A DNA stretch of 64,000 nt from an uncultured Planctomycetota bacterium (lineage in GTDB: Bacteria > Planctomycetota > Phycisphaerae > Tepidisphaerales > Tepidisphaeraceae), in the NCBI GenBank assembly GCA_963841915.1, contig CAWJEN010000004.1, positions 1-64,000 of the forward strand, given 5' to 3'. Below, in pieces: positions 30,816-47,312 of this stretch. Below the pieces are notes generated by a model. It searched no databases, had not been told where the DNA came from, and saw only the letters and a list, made by a program, of their open reading frames with translations. Position 1 is the stretch's first letter. The number at the start of each line of letters is the position of its first letter. Made by a program: the position numbers and the translations under genes.

Positions 30816-31153
30816 CGCAGCTCCCCCGCAATCGCCCACGACAGTGAAGGAGCATCTTCGAGCGCCGCGCCGAGCAGGCCGCTGACGAAGTAGCCGTTAG
30901 TAAATCGACGCACGACATCTACAACGTGTTCTGCATCGCCCATCACGACCTTGCGCCCAAGACGGTGGAGTTGCAGCACAATGAAGAACCTGCGGTCTTG
31001 TATCGGCACCCTCCGATCGTCGCAAAGGACGTGGTAAGAGTCGATCTCGTCATCGTACTGCTGGTCGTGACGACTTGAGCAGAGGCCATCGCAAGACGCA
31101 CCGGCTTTGACGATAAGATCGGCAATCGATGAATCGGCCTGTTGGTCATTCAT
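30812..31153 (-). CDS. Hypothetical protein
   Basis: ATG preceded by purine-rich AGGAG..GAAGCGGAA; heads the coupled cluster. Confidence 0.6.
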   Translation of the reverse strand: MNDQQADSSIADLIVKAGASCDGLCSSRHDQQYDDEIDSYHVLCDDRRVPIQDRRFFIVLQLHRLGRKVVMGDAEHVVDVVRRFTNGYFVSGLLGAALEDAPSLSWAIAGELR

Positions 31154-31194
31154 TTCCGCTTCTAGCTCCTGCTCGCAAGGCAACGAGGCGGCCG

Positions 31195-31452
31195 CTAGGC
31201 CGCCTCGCGCTCAAAGGGCGTCTTATTCTGGACACCCTCGTGGCTACTGCCACAATCAACGCCTGCCAACAGGCAGGGAATCGGCTGAGGGGCCGAAGGC
31301 GACGGAAGGACTGCTGATCCGTCCGCCACCGGTGCAGCTATTGTGAGGGGCGATTGGCTGGTGGCCGCACGCCTCACGGATCTCTGGACCGGCTGCTGCT
31401 CCTCGACGAAAAGGACGAGAGGCATCTCTGGCATTTGCCCCAGAGCAGGCAC
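31195..31452 (-). CDS. Possible hypothetical protein
   Basis: Co-oriented 85-aa ORF; no family recognised. Confidence 0.3.
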   Translation of the reverse strand: MPALGQMPEMPLVLFVEEQQPVQRSVRRAATSQSPLTIAAPVADGSAVLPSPSAPQPIPCLLAGVDCGSSHEGVQNKTPFEREAA

Positions 31453-31564
31453 CTCAAGCGTTGCGATTCAATAAGGCCTCCCTTGCGGAAGGAAGTGACG
31501 ACGTGCGCCATGGTCGAAGCTTAGCCGGAAGCGCTTCGACTGTCAATATGTACCGTAGATATTT

Positions 31565-32398
31565 CTAGCCCGGGTCTCCGCGAAGGATCTCAAGTCGCTG
31601 GTGCGCCGACTCCGCAGCGCCGTATCCGACGGCCTCGAATCCTGCCGCAACTGCTGCAAGCACACCGTTTCCGGCATTACCGAGAAACGCAGCACGTCTC
31701 GCCCCGGTGATGGAAAAGACGCCGTCGTAGACGCCGCGCGGAAGCTCTCCAACGACAGCCGACGTCAACGATGTCGCCTTGTACGCCCTGTACCGTAAAA
31801 CCGACTTCCGGCAGACCCGACGTCGCTGCCCGCTCTGCCCGTTTGTGCGCAACAGACCCTCTGATGCCAGATCGGACAGGCGACCGAGCGAAATCTTCAG
31901 CCCCGCGAAATCCTTTGCCCGGTTCCAAACCGGCTCCTCGTCAACCCGCCAAGTCGGCGGTAACTCACGCCCGTACGGCACGTACATTGTCGTCGTCGCA
32001 TCCGTTGGGATTGAGACTTGCCCCGTGGGTGAGAGCAGCAGCAAGTAACCATGGGTCGCGTCGATGAAGCGAGCGCTAGGCGAGGGGCGGTAGCGGCCGA
32101 TCCGGTCGCCCTTCACCGTGATGCTCCACGTCCAAACTAAGACGGCCTGAAGGGTCAAGCCGCTGGCCACGGGGAGCAGCCGCAAGGTGTCAAGAGAGGT
32201 GGCCGGCTCTGATGGCCTATACGGGATATGGATGCACGCGAATCCCGTCTCCTCGACGAGAGAGTCAAGACCTGTCACAGCATCGACCACCTCACCCGGC
32301 GAACTGCCTCGCGACGGATCGACGAACGCGAGGGCGAACCGCCGCCGTTCCTGACGCAGTTCTGCGATACCCCGTTTGATGTCGCCCGGTCGAAGCAC
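31565..32398 (-). CDS. Degenerate beta-class DNA methyltransferase-like protein with internal HTH
   Basis: GD..LAFVDPSR (DPPY position), GL.LQAVLVW, SPSA..HGYLLLL, C-terminal FLGNAGNG..AA..AG..AVG (motif I-like). Confidence 0.5.
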   Translation of the reverse strand: MLRPGDIKRGIAELRQERRRFALAFVDPSRGSSPGEVVDAVTGLDSLVEETGFACIHIPYRPSEPATSLDTLRLLPVASGLTLQAVLVWTWSITVKGDRIGRYRPSPSARFIDATHGYLLLLSPTGQVSIPTDATTTMYVPYGRELPPTWRVDEEPVWNRAKDFAGLKISLGRLSDLASEGLLRTNGQSGQRRRVCRKSVLRYRAYKATSLTSAVVGELPRGVYDGVFSITGARRAAFLGNAGNGVLAAVAAGFEAVGYGAAESAHQRLEILRGDPG

Positions 32399-32510
32399 GC
32401 CAGATTCTAAAGCGACCGAGGCTCAGCCGCTTCACGCGGCTTGTCTGAGCGACATACGGTATCCACGATACACCGTGCTGTCTGGTGTCACGACATCAAG
32501 CTGACAACGT

Positions 32511-32705
32511 ATGGCCATGAAGACTAACTACCGGAAGGAGCGGGCCGTGCGGCCCGCCGCGTATCAGGAAATCGCCGTCACCGCGCGTGCGGCGTCGCCG
32601 AACGAGCAGGCGGCGCTCGACGATGAGGTCCAACGGCTGCTTCGGGCGATGGCAATGCAGTGCGTTGCCCGCCGGGAGGCGACCAACACGAAGGAGGAGA
32701 GATGA
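32511..32705 (+). CDS. Small hypothetical protein coupled to the recombinase
   Basis: ATGA overlap with the recombinase start; contains its AGGAGG RBS. Confidence 0.55.
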   Translation: MAMKTNYRKERAVRPAAYQEIAVTARAASPNEQAALDDEVQRLLRAMAMQCVARREATNTKEER

Positions 32706-34781
32706 ATAACGCTGCCACTCAGTCCACCGATCAGACGCTCCGCGACAAACTCGCCGGAAAGCCCTACATCATCTTGGCCCGTCAGAGCCAGACAACTGCC
32801 CTGACATCCTCGACCGAAACGCAGGATCAGCAGCTCCGCCATCGGTGTGATGCGGCGGGTGGCCGGCACATCGAGACCATCGCGCTAAAGAACGTCACCG
32901 GCAGCATGCCGGGGCGGCGGAAAGACATCGACGAGTTGTGCCAACGGCGAAGGGACCGGGCAGATTTCGAAGTCCTCGTCGTGCAGGTCGTAGACAGATT
33001 CACACGCGCCGGACTGCGGCACGGGTTTGCGCTGGAGGAGCGTCTGATCGCACTCGGCGTAAAGGTTTTGTTTGTCGGCGAGGACATGGTTTTGGATGGC
33101 GAACACGGCGACCTCCTGCGAGCCTTCAAGTATTCCGCCGCTCAAAGTTTCGCGAAAGACTTGTCACACCGCATCTCGTCCGCTCACATGCGGAGTCTCA
33201 AGGAGGGCCGGAAGACGACGACCGCCGTGTTCCCGTACGGGGTGGACAAGCTCGTGTCTTCTCCGGCAGGCGTTCCGCTCTACCGAATCCGTGACAACCG
33301 TGACGGCACACAAAGCAAGCTCCACGCAGAGACGTTGCGACTCATCGACACCTACGGAAGCGTTGGGGGCAGAACGGGGCGATTCAGAAAGGAGAAGGAT
33401 GATCGTGTGACCTTCGTACCGGGCAGCGAGGTGGAGCAGGCCATAGTCCGCGACGTCTACATCTGGCACTACCGCGACGGACTCGGCGGTTCGTCGAGTC
33501 GCCAAGCGACTCAACGATCAGAAGCGATTTCGAGTTGGTGGCAAGCGCTGGAACGAGGGGCGGATCACGCAGATGCTCAACGCAGCGGTCTACACGGGCT
33601 TCACGGTTGGCCTCGCTGCCCATCGCGGAATCTACTCCGGCTTGTCAAACGGGGAGCCGAAGAAGCTCAACCGCCCGGAATCCGAGTTGCTTACGAAGGA
33701 GAGCATGCCCATCATCTACCGCACTCCAGAGGAGGCGTTCCGGCAAAATCACCCGGCGATGGGCGACTTTTTGCCATCTGACATCCGTGACCAAGCTATC
33801 GAGGATCAGGAACGGCGGCGTCGCCAACGCTACGCCACGTCGCTTCTGCCAGAAGGGCAGAAGCGGCATGGTCGGGGCAACAGTAAGCGTGGTTCCGCCT
33901 ACCTGCTTTCCGGACTCCTTCGGTCAACTGACGGGAAGGTACTCGTAGGTGTCCGTTGTGGTCCTCCGGACCGTCCCAAGCGGTACTACCGCGTGAAGGG
34001 TTCCCGCTTCGACCTGGATTCGTCCAAAGTGTCCCGCCGAATGGTCGCGGCGGAGCCATTGGAGAAGGCGGTGCTTGAGCAGTTGCAGAAGGCGCTTCTC
34101 GCGCGGGGCGATCTCGAACAACTGCTTGTTGGTTGCGTGCAGGCGGAACTGGAGCTTACGGAGGCTGGTTCGAAGCAGTTGGCGGAACTCCATCGCTTGC
34201 GAGAACAGGCGAACGCGAAGATCGTGAACCTTCTCCGCAACTTCGACGAGTCATTACCGCAGACAAAGCAGGTTGTCGCGGAACTCAAGGACGAGGTGGC
34301 CGAGCATTCACGGCAGATCGAGCGGCTCGAACGTCAGATCGCTGCCGGTCCCATCAACGTGGAGACGCTTGTCCGGGAGATGATGGAGCAGATCGAAAAC
34401 TTGGCCACCGACAGTTCCACCATGCCCGTTGAGCGACTCAAGGATGTCGTCCACGCTTTCGTCGATGAGGCCGTCGTCGATCTGGCAAACCGCGACGTGC
34501 GGATTGTCGTTCGATTGCCCGACTGGTCCGGGGCCGCAGAACCGACTCTGGGCAGCACGCGACCGTTGCGTCTTGTTGGTTTGAGCGGGTCAAGGACAAG
34601 CAACCGGACGCATCCGTCGTCGCAGGCGAAGAACGTTGCACGTCGGCCGATCCTGCTGAAGATGGCCTGTCGGGCCGGTCGGAAGCTCCGCCCGCCATCG
34701 TACCGCTGCCGCTGCGCCCGCAGGTTGTCGGGTGGGGACAAAAGGCGAACGAAGCCTGAGCGTCGGCCCTTGGCGGCCTGA
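32702..34781 (+). pseudogene. Large serine recombinase with a +1 frameshift near 33490
   Basis: ARQS..S.E.Q, TG...R, DRFTR, PYG catalytic domain; continues in another frame as RVAKRLND..W..ITQMLN..VYTG, YLLSGLL, coiled coil. Confidence 0.85.
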
Positions 34782-34850
34782 AGTCGGGATCGTGCGCGGG
34801 CCGCGGCTTTCTGCGCTTGATCGACGCTGGGTCCATGCGAAGACGATGGC

Positions 34851-35603
34851 TTGAACGCCATCGACTTCACCCAGGACAACCCGCACTCGGTGTGCAATCT
34901 TCGCAGTGCGTCGGGATCGCCGCGGACGGCACACCGCGACCCGCGATGCTCATACGCCTGTCGTTGGCGCTGGGCAGAGGAGCGCTATTCGGGTGATCTC
35001 GTCGCCATCGAACGCGCATTGTCCCATGGCTGGCACGCCTACTTCGGCACCGTCCGCGTGGGGCACCCGATTCCTGGGTCTACCTTCGCGGCGGCTCGCA
35101 AACGGTTCGGCGCAATGCTACCGAAGCCACGCCGTTGGATGTCGTACGCGGAGGTCCGAGATGATGTCCCAAAGCACATACATTTTCACTTTCACCTGCT
35201 GACGCCACACGCGTACGCGGACAGGGACCCGCTGTTCACCTCGTTATGGCGCATCGCCCTCGGCGAGGACCATGACACGACCTCCGGGGTTCGAGTCGAG
35301 GGAACTCGGAATCCGGTGGCGGCGGCCCGGTATGGCTGCGGATTCGATGAGGAGAAGCGATGGCGGCCGCTGTTCAGGACGCGTCGGGAATGCGGGTTTG
35401 AGATCTCGTGTGGCACACCACTATTCGCCGGAGGCATGTCATACAGCGACCGCCGTGTGGAGAGGGAAATCTATTGGGCTGCCCTCGAACGCTTTCCGAC
35501 GGATCTCGACGCCCCCTTCTCGGCTGCCATCGACGCCGCGGTCGCGCATTGCTCTCAGCTCTCGGCGGAGTGGGCCGCTACTAAGGCGCAGGGAACCTCT
35601 TGA
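34851..35603 (+). CDS. Putative HUH (rolling-circle Rep-like) endonuclease
   Basis: YFGTV (motif 1-like), HIHFHFHLL (HUH), AARYGCG (Tyr motif 3-like), N-terminal Cys cluster. Confidence 0.55.
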   Translation: MNAIDFTQDNPHSVCNLRSASGSPRTAHRDPRCSYACRWRWAEERYSGDLVAIERALSHGWHAYFGTVRVGHPIPGSTFAAARKRFGAMLPKPRRWMSYAEVRDDVPKHIHFHFHLLTPHAYADRDPLFTSLWRIALGEDHDTTSGVRVEGTRNPVAAARYGCGFDEEKRWRPLFRTRRECGFEISCGTPLFAGGMSYSDRRVEREIYWAALERFPTDLDAPFSAAIDAAVAHCSQLSAEWAATKAQGTS

Positions 35604-35691
35604 TTGGTGTCATAGTCTCAAGTTTGGCTCGTCCCAAGGTATCGCGGCTGCGTAAGTTGCCCACGTTCATCGCCGTTGTAGAACTTGGTTC

Positions 35692-38979
<3,288 letters not shown>

Positions 38980-39016
38980 GTGGGTCACCCCCTGGTACGA
39001 ACGGGAACTTCGTGAA

Positions 39017-41974
<2,958 letters not shown>

Positions 41975-42105
41975 GAAAGAATGAGGGAAGAATAAGGGAC
42001 AGCGAACAGGGATTCCCTTATTCCAGCGCTCTCTAAGTGGTTGACGGGAATCGCCTTACAAGGCGACGGGGCCGATTGGGTGAGGGAATGCGGTGATCCA
42101 TTCCC

Positions 42106-43803
42106 TTATCCGCTCGGTGGTGGAGCGTGCTCGGCCGCCCACCACCGACTGCCGACCCCGAAACCGTAGTTGGTGGCGTCGCCTCGCTTCTTGAGGAGCT
42201 GAAGACGGTAGCGAACCTGCTCGGAGGAAAGCGTGGGGAGTACCTCGGACAACTCGTCGAGACGAGCACCCTCGTCTCCGGCATCCCGGAGGTGCTTCAG
42301 CAGGAGCTGGAGGTTGTGTTCTCGGTCCAGCCCCTTCGTCCGCGTGTATTCGCCGGTCCGCCCAATGGCCTTGTACAGCTTTCGGCTAAGGATGTAGCCG
42401 GTGCCTTGACGTCGCCCAGTGGACTCGATCAGGCCAAGATCACGAAGGCGACCGGCTGCGGAGCGGAGATCGTCATCGAGCCGTTCATCGCGTCGGACAC
42501 GATCGAGCACGAGGAACTCGTCGGTGCCAAGCTGATTGATGGTGTCGTCTCCAAGACCTCGGAGGAAGCGGACGAACTCCCCGTCCTCGACCTTCCCATG
42601 CAGGGTGACCCAGACGGTACTTTCATCGGTTCCGTCAAACGACGGCAATCGCTGTGAGTACCGGACTGCGGAGGTGAACATGAGGTCCATGCCCTGACCC
42701 GACCGTTCAACGAGTCCGCACTTTTCGAACAGGTTGGCGATGAGTGGATTACGTGGGACCGACTTCCGCAACACGTTCTTCGTGGTGACCGAGCCGGGGA
42801 AGCCACCGGGGCTTTCGACCTGGATGCGTTGGGCATACTGACGGACGAAAATGGGAGCAGGGTCTCGATAGTTGCGATGACTGACCGCGTTCTGGATCTG
42901 CTCCCGGACCGGCCGCTCGGGGAACGTCGGAAGGTCACGAACCGCAAGGCCGTCCTGGTAGTGCTGGAGGTCATTGCGCCGGTTGATGCGTTCCCAGATG
43001 GCGTTGTAGTACAGGAAGAAGCCATCCTTGTAGTTCTCCCGATCCGCGGCGGGACCCGGAGCCTCGGAGGAGCGGTACTCGAAGATGACCTCTGCGTTCG
43101 GGAACCTCCTTTGAAGGAGACGAGCCGGGGCGAACAGGATGACGGCAGCGTTGGTAACCCGGCTGTCTACGAGGGCACCGACATCTTCGAGGAGCTGGCG
43201 GTTGTCCGCGGTCTGAAGCATCCGGCGCATCTCGATGCTGCCGGGGTCCGTGTTCTCGGCGATGTCGCTCATCCACTCGTGGCGAAATGCGTCGATGGCC
43301 TTCGAGGAGAGGTCCGTGAACTCGAAACCTTCGCAGGTCTCGGAGGAGAAGTCGCCGGTACGTTCGTCGTAGATGGCGCGACGCCGCTCCTCGGATAGCG
43401 GGATGAGGCTGTCATCGTCATCGCGCATCCAGGCACGACCGAAGCCGTCGGTGGTCGCGATGCCGATCGGGTGCGCGGGAATCTCAAACGCGAGAACGCG
43501 ACCGTTCCCGTGGCTGATGACCTTGAAGGAGGTCGGGAGGCGGATCTTGTCGTTGAGGTTCTTTCTGGTCTCCTCGGGCTGGGCAAATGCCTCCGAGCCG
43601 ACGACCTTGCGGGGCCGCTTGTCGGTCACTCCGAAGACGACACGGCCTCCACCCTCATTAGCGAGGGCCGACGCGTACCGGCAGAGTTCCTTGAAGTCGA
43701 ACTTCTCCTTGGCCTCCTTGAACTCGAAGTGCTCGCCCTCGACGGCTTCGAGCCACTTTGCCAGTTCGGTCAGATCCTCCTGATTGTCAAACAGCGTGTT
43801 CAT
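42106..43803 (-). CDS. Schlafen/AlbA_2 + HATPase_c_4 (RecG-C-like) + wHTH protein
   Basis: EGEHFEFKE, SALANEGGG.VVFGV.D, RE...NAV.HRNY, SPGG, RNP.IA..F, VERSGQG, C-terminal wHTHs. Confidence 0.88.
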   Translation of the reverse strand: MNTLFDNQEDLTELAKWLEAVEGEHFEFKEAKEKFDFKELCRYASALANEGGGRVVFGVTDKRPRKVVGSEAFAQPEETRKNLNDKIRLPTSFKVISHGNGRVLAFEIPAHPIGIATTDGFGRAWMRDDDDSLIPLSEERRRAIYDERTGDFSSETCEGFEFTDLSSKAIDAFRHEWMSDIAENTDPGSIEMRRMLQTADNRQLLEDVGALVDSRVTNAAVILFAPARLLQRRFPNAEVIFEYRSSEAPGPAADRENYKDGFFLYYNAIWERINRRNDLQHYQDGLAVRDLPTFPERPVREQIQNAVSHRNYRDPAPIFVRQYAQRIQVESPGGFPGSVTTKNVLRKSVPRNPLIANLFEKCGLVERSGQGMDLMFTSAVRYSQRLPSFDGTDESTVWVTLHGKVEDGEFVRFLRGLGDDTINQLGTDEFLVLDRVRRDERLDDDLRSAAGRLRDLGLIESTGRRQGTGYILSRKLYKAIGRTGEYTRTKGLDREHNLQLLLKHLRDAGDEGARLDELSEVLPTLSSEQVRYRLQLLKKRGDATNYGFGVGSRWWAAEHAPPPSG

Positions 43804-46800
43804 CGGGGTGGTGTCGCTTTGGCCAAAAGCTCTGTCATCTTCAGGTTACGTCCGACTTCCGCAAATCCTGGCGGCTGATCGAAGGGGCCGTAGAGGTAGG
43901 CAGGCTCCGCCGTGGCCTGTCCGTCGATGACGACGATGGCCAGCGCCCAGGTGTCGGGCGAGTTGAAGCAGGTGCGGATCTGGCTGGCGGATACGGTGAC
44001 GGTTGTCTTGCCCTTGGCTTTGCCTTTGACCTCGATGAAGCGGAGGCGGCCTTCGGAGTCGAGGGATTCGATGTCGTAGCCCTCGTTGTTGTGGGGCATC
44101 TCTCTCGGAGTTCGCCCGAGGAACTTCTCCGCCTTCATGACGGCCTCGATGGCGAGTCGGTCGATCTCGGCCCGCCGCTCGGGGGAGAGGTCCGCGTCTT
44201 CATCGTGTACGGGGCTGCTAGAAAGTGCTTCCACGAGGCCGAACGGCACCACGAGGGCCGCGCCGGCAATAAAGGGAGAGGCCGGGGCGAGATGCCGTTG
44301 GCGTTCGATCTGCTCCAGCCGGTTCTTGAGGCGGGCTTGGAGGTCATCTGCCCTCTGCGCAGCCACGGTCGAGTTCAGACGCGGTGTCTTCCCGGCCTGC
44401 TCCTTCGCTCGCAGTTCGTTCGCCCGGTGATCCCAATACTGGATTTCGGCCAGCAACCGCTTTTTGACCGCGGCGGCCGTCTTGTCGAGAAGTTCGTCGC
44501 GATCACGTCGAACCTCTCGAAGGTGCTCAGGGACGAGCTTTGAAGCCGCATGGGTCATCGCCTGATCTTCGAGGCCGTCCTTGAGCCACTCCGGAGTCAG
44601 GTGTCCTTCGAGGATGGACCGCTCGTCTTCGAGGATCGGCCGCCAATCGACGTAGGGAGCCGAGCCTCCGTCGGAGGCACCACCGTGTTTATCGAGGAGG
44701 ACGAACTGAAGGCGACGACTGATGATGTTTGGTTGGCCGTCACGCCGTTGCGTGCCGTCGCGGATGTTGTGGTCGAGAACGACCATGACTCGAAGATCGG
44801 AGCCGAAGTCGTGGGGATCTACGAGGACGGCTCCCTGTTTCAGGAGACCCCGATGAGCTTCGAGAGTGACATCGAGGACAGCGTCGAGGAGCGGATGTCC
44901 CGGGCAGATGAAGGCAGCTTGCGATCCGCCCTCGCGCATGCGGTCCTTCTCGAAGGTGACGCGTTCGTAACGGGGAAGGACTGGAGCACCCCGGCCGATC
45001 TGGCGGTCCCGATTCCGAACGGCACCGGGGACGCGGCTGATCTCGAAGCGACCCGTCTCTCGCTTGCTCATCCGTCCGCCGACACGGGCGAAGGCCTCCT
45101 CGAACCAGGCCTGCACGTAGAAGGGCTGCAACCGCCTAGCCTCGGCTCGCTCCATGTCTTCGCGAACCTGCTGGATTCGGCGAGCATCCATCGAATCTCG
45201 GGCAAGTGCGTCGTGCTCGATGAGTTCACGAAGACGCTCCTTCTCCGTGGCCATCTCCACAGCCTCGAACAGCTTCGCCTTCACCTCCGGGTCTTCTCCG
45301 TAGCGGATGGCTTGGACGAGAAGGTCTCGGAGACTGGTGCCCTTGAACAGCTCTCCTAGCACGTCAAACACGGAGTCCCGTCCCAGTGCCTCGCGTTGGG
45401 CCTCCACCTTTTCGAGGAGGCGGTGGTACACATCGCCTTCACGCGTCTCCGCGGCCACGAGGTTCCACAAGTGACAGACCTCCGTCTGACCGATGCGGTG
45501 GATTCGACCGAACCGCTGTTCAAGTCGATTCGGATTCCAAGGGAGGTCGTAGTTGACCATTAGGTGGGCACGCTGGAGGTTGAGTCCCTCTCCAGCAGCA
45601 TCTGTCGCGAGGAGGACGTGGATGTCGGGGTCGTGACGGAAGTGCTCCTCTGCGTTTCGACGGGCGTCGCGGCCCACGCTCCCATGGATCGTCACGATTG
45701 ACTCCGGCTTCCCGAGCAATGTGCCGATCCGCTTCTCTAGGTAGGCGAGTGTGTCCTTGTGCTCGGTGAAGATGATGATCTTGCGGCGGTTGCCCGCGGG
45801 ATCGAACATCGCCGCTTCTTCGAGGAGATGAGACAGCTCCTCCCACTTGCGGTCCTTTCCGCTCTGCCGGACCTGCGCAGCCTTCTGCTCAAGCTCGCGC
45901 AGGATGTCGATCTCAACGCGAAGATCCTCGATCGTCGATGCAGCCGTGGCCTCGTCGGCTACGGCGTCCTCGGCCTCCTCCCGTTCTTCTGCCGTCGCCT
46001 CGTCCTCGTCCAACGCCTCCAGTTCGTCCTGCGTAAGCGGCGTGCCTCGCAGCTTCTCCAGAAGCGCCGATGTCGATCCCCCTCGACGGAGAAGCTCCGC
46101 TTCACGAAGGCGGCTTTCCAAGCGCTCACGCCTGCGGCGGAGACTTTGGTAGATGGCCTCCGGAGACGAAGCCAGACGCCGCTGAAGGATCGTCAGCGCG
46201 AAACCGACCGTTCCTTTTCGGCCGTCATTGGCAGCTTCAGCACGGTTGAACTCCTCGCGGACGTATTCCGTGACGCTCGCATAGAGGGCCGCTTCTTCAG
46301 GCGAAAGGTCGAAACTGATGGTCGTGGCTCGTCGTTCCGGAAATAGCTTGGTCCCATCGAAGCGACGGAGCTGCTCCTTGACCATCCTCCGCATGAGGTC
46401 ACTTGCGTCCGCGGTGTGCGCGCCATCGCGATTACGACCGGCGAATCGGTCACCATCGAGAAGGGACAGGAACAGGCCAAAATCCTCCTCTTTGCCGTTG
46501 TGCGGCGTTGCGGACATCAAAAGGAAGTGACGGCATTGCTCGGAGAGCAACTGGCCCAGCCGGAACCGACGCGTGTACTTGGCCTCGTTGCCAAAGAATG
46601 TCGCCGACATCTTGTGGGCCTCGTCAACGATGACGAGGTCCCAGTAGTTGGTCTCTAGACGTTCTTGAAGCTCGTCGTCGCGGCTGAGCTTGTCGAGTCG
46701 CCCGATGGTCAGCGGGTTCTCGGCGAACCAGTTGCCCGTCCGGGCGGCCTCAAGTTTATCGTTTGTGGCGATTTCGAAGGGGAGTTGGAACTTCTGATCC

Positions 46801-47312
46801 AACTCGTCCTGCCACTGTTCCACGAGGCCGCCTGGGGCCACCACGAGGCATCGCTCGACGTCTCCACGGGCGATGAGTTCCTTGATGAGGAGGCCCGCCA
46901 TGATCGTCTTCCCCGCGCCGGGATCGTCCGCCAAGAGAAAGCGGAGTGGATGGCGCTGCACCATCACGTCGTAAACGGCGAGGATCTGATGTGGGAGCGG
47001 CTCGACCGTCGAGGTATGGACCGCAAGCAGCGGATCGAACAGCGCGGCGAGGCTGATCCGCAACGCCTCGACGGCTAGGCGGAAGTCCGCAGGGTCGGCG
47101 TCGAAGGACCAAGGCCGTTTCCGCTCCTCGACTGACAAAGACGGTTCGTCATCGCGGATAAGAAGGCGACTGTCTGTACGGCCACTTTCCGTTCTGTAGG
47201 TGACATCGAGCGTGCTGTTTCCAATCCACCGTGCGGCGACAACCGTCGCACCTTCCCCTGGGGCAAGACCGCAGACATTCGATCCCACGGTCACGTCTTC
47301 CAGCCTCGTCAT
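43800..47312 (-). CDS. SNF2-family helicase with C-terminal DUF3883 PD-(D/E)xK nuclease
   Basis: LLADDPGAGKT, IVDEAH, SATPH, TDAAGEGLNLQ, QRFGRIHRIGQ; GYDIES...FIEVKG. Confidence 0.93.
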   Translation of the reverse strand: MTRLEDVTVGSNVCGLAPGEGATVVAARWIGNSTLDVTYRTESGRTDSRLLIRDDEPSLSVEERKRPWSFDADPADFRLAVEALRISLAALFDPLLAVHTSTVEPLPHQILAVYDVMVQRHPLRFLLADDPGAGKTIMAGLLIKELIARGDVERCLVVAPGGLVEQWQDELDQKFQLPFEIATNDKLEAARTGNWFAENPLTIGRLDKLSRDDELQERLETNYWDLVIVDEAHKMSATFFGNEAKYTRRFRLGQLLSEQCRHFLLMSATPHNGKEEDFGLFLSLLDGDRFAGRNRDGAHTADASDLMRRMVKEQLRRFDGTKLFPERRATTISFDLSPEEAALYASVTEYVREEFNRAEAANDGRKGTVGFALTILQRRLASSPEAIYQSLRRRRERLESRLREAELLRRGGSTSALLEKLRGTPLTQDELEALDEDEATAEEREEAEDAVADEATAASTIEDLRVEIDILRELEQKAAQVRQSGKDRKWEELSHLLEEAAMFDPAGNRRKIIIFTEHKDTLAYLEKRIGTLLGKPESIVTIHGSVGRDARRNAEEHFRHDPDIHVLLATDAAGEGLNLQRAHLMVNYDLPWNPNRLEQRFGRIHRIGQTEVCHLWNLVAAETREGDVYHRLLEKVEAQREALGRDSVFDVLGELFKGTSLRDLLVQAIRYGEDPEVKAKLFEAVEMATEKERLRELIEHDALARDSMDARRIQQVREDMERAEARRLQPFYVQAWFEEAFARVGGRMSKRETGRFEISRVPGAVRNRDRQIGRGAPVLPRYERVTFEKDRMREGGSQAAFICPGHPLLDAVLDVTLEAHRGLLKQGAVLVDPHDFGSDLRVMVVLDHNIRDGTQRRDGQPNIISRRLQFVLLDKHGGASDGGSAPYVDWRPILEDERSILEGHLTPEWLKDGLEDQAMTHAASKLVPEHLREVRRDRDELLDKTAAAVKKRLLAEIQYWDHRANELRAKEQAGKTPRLNSTVAAQRADDLQARLKNRLEQIERQRHLAPASPFIAGAALVVPFGLVEALSSSPVHDEDADLSPERRAEIDRLAIEAVMKAEKFLGRTPREMPHNNEGYDIESLDSEGRLRFIEVKGKAKGKTTVTVSASQIRTCFNSPDTWALAIVVIDGQATAEPAYLYGPFDQPPGFAEVGRNLKMTELLAKATPPR

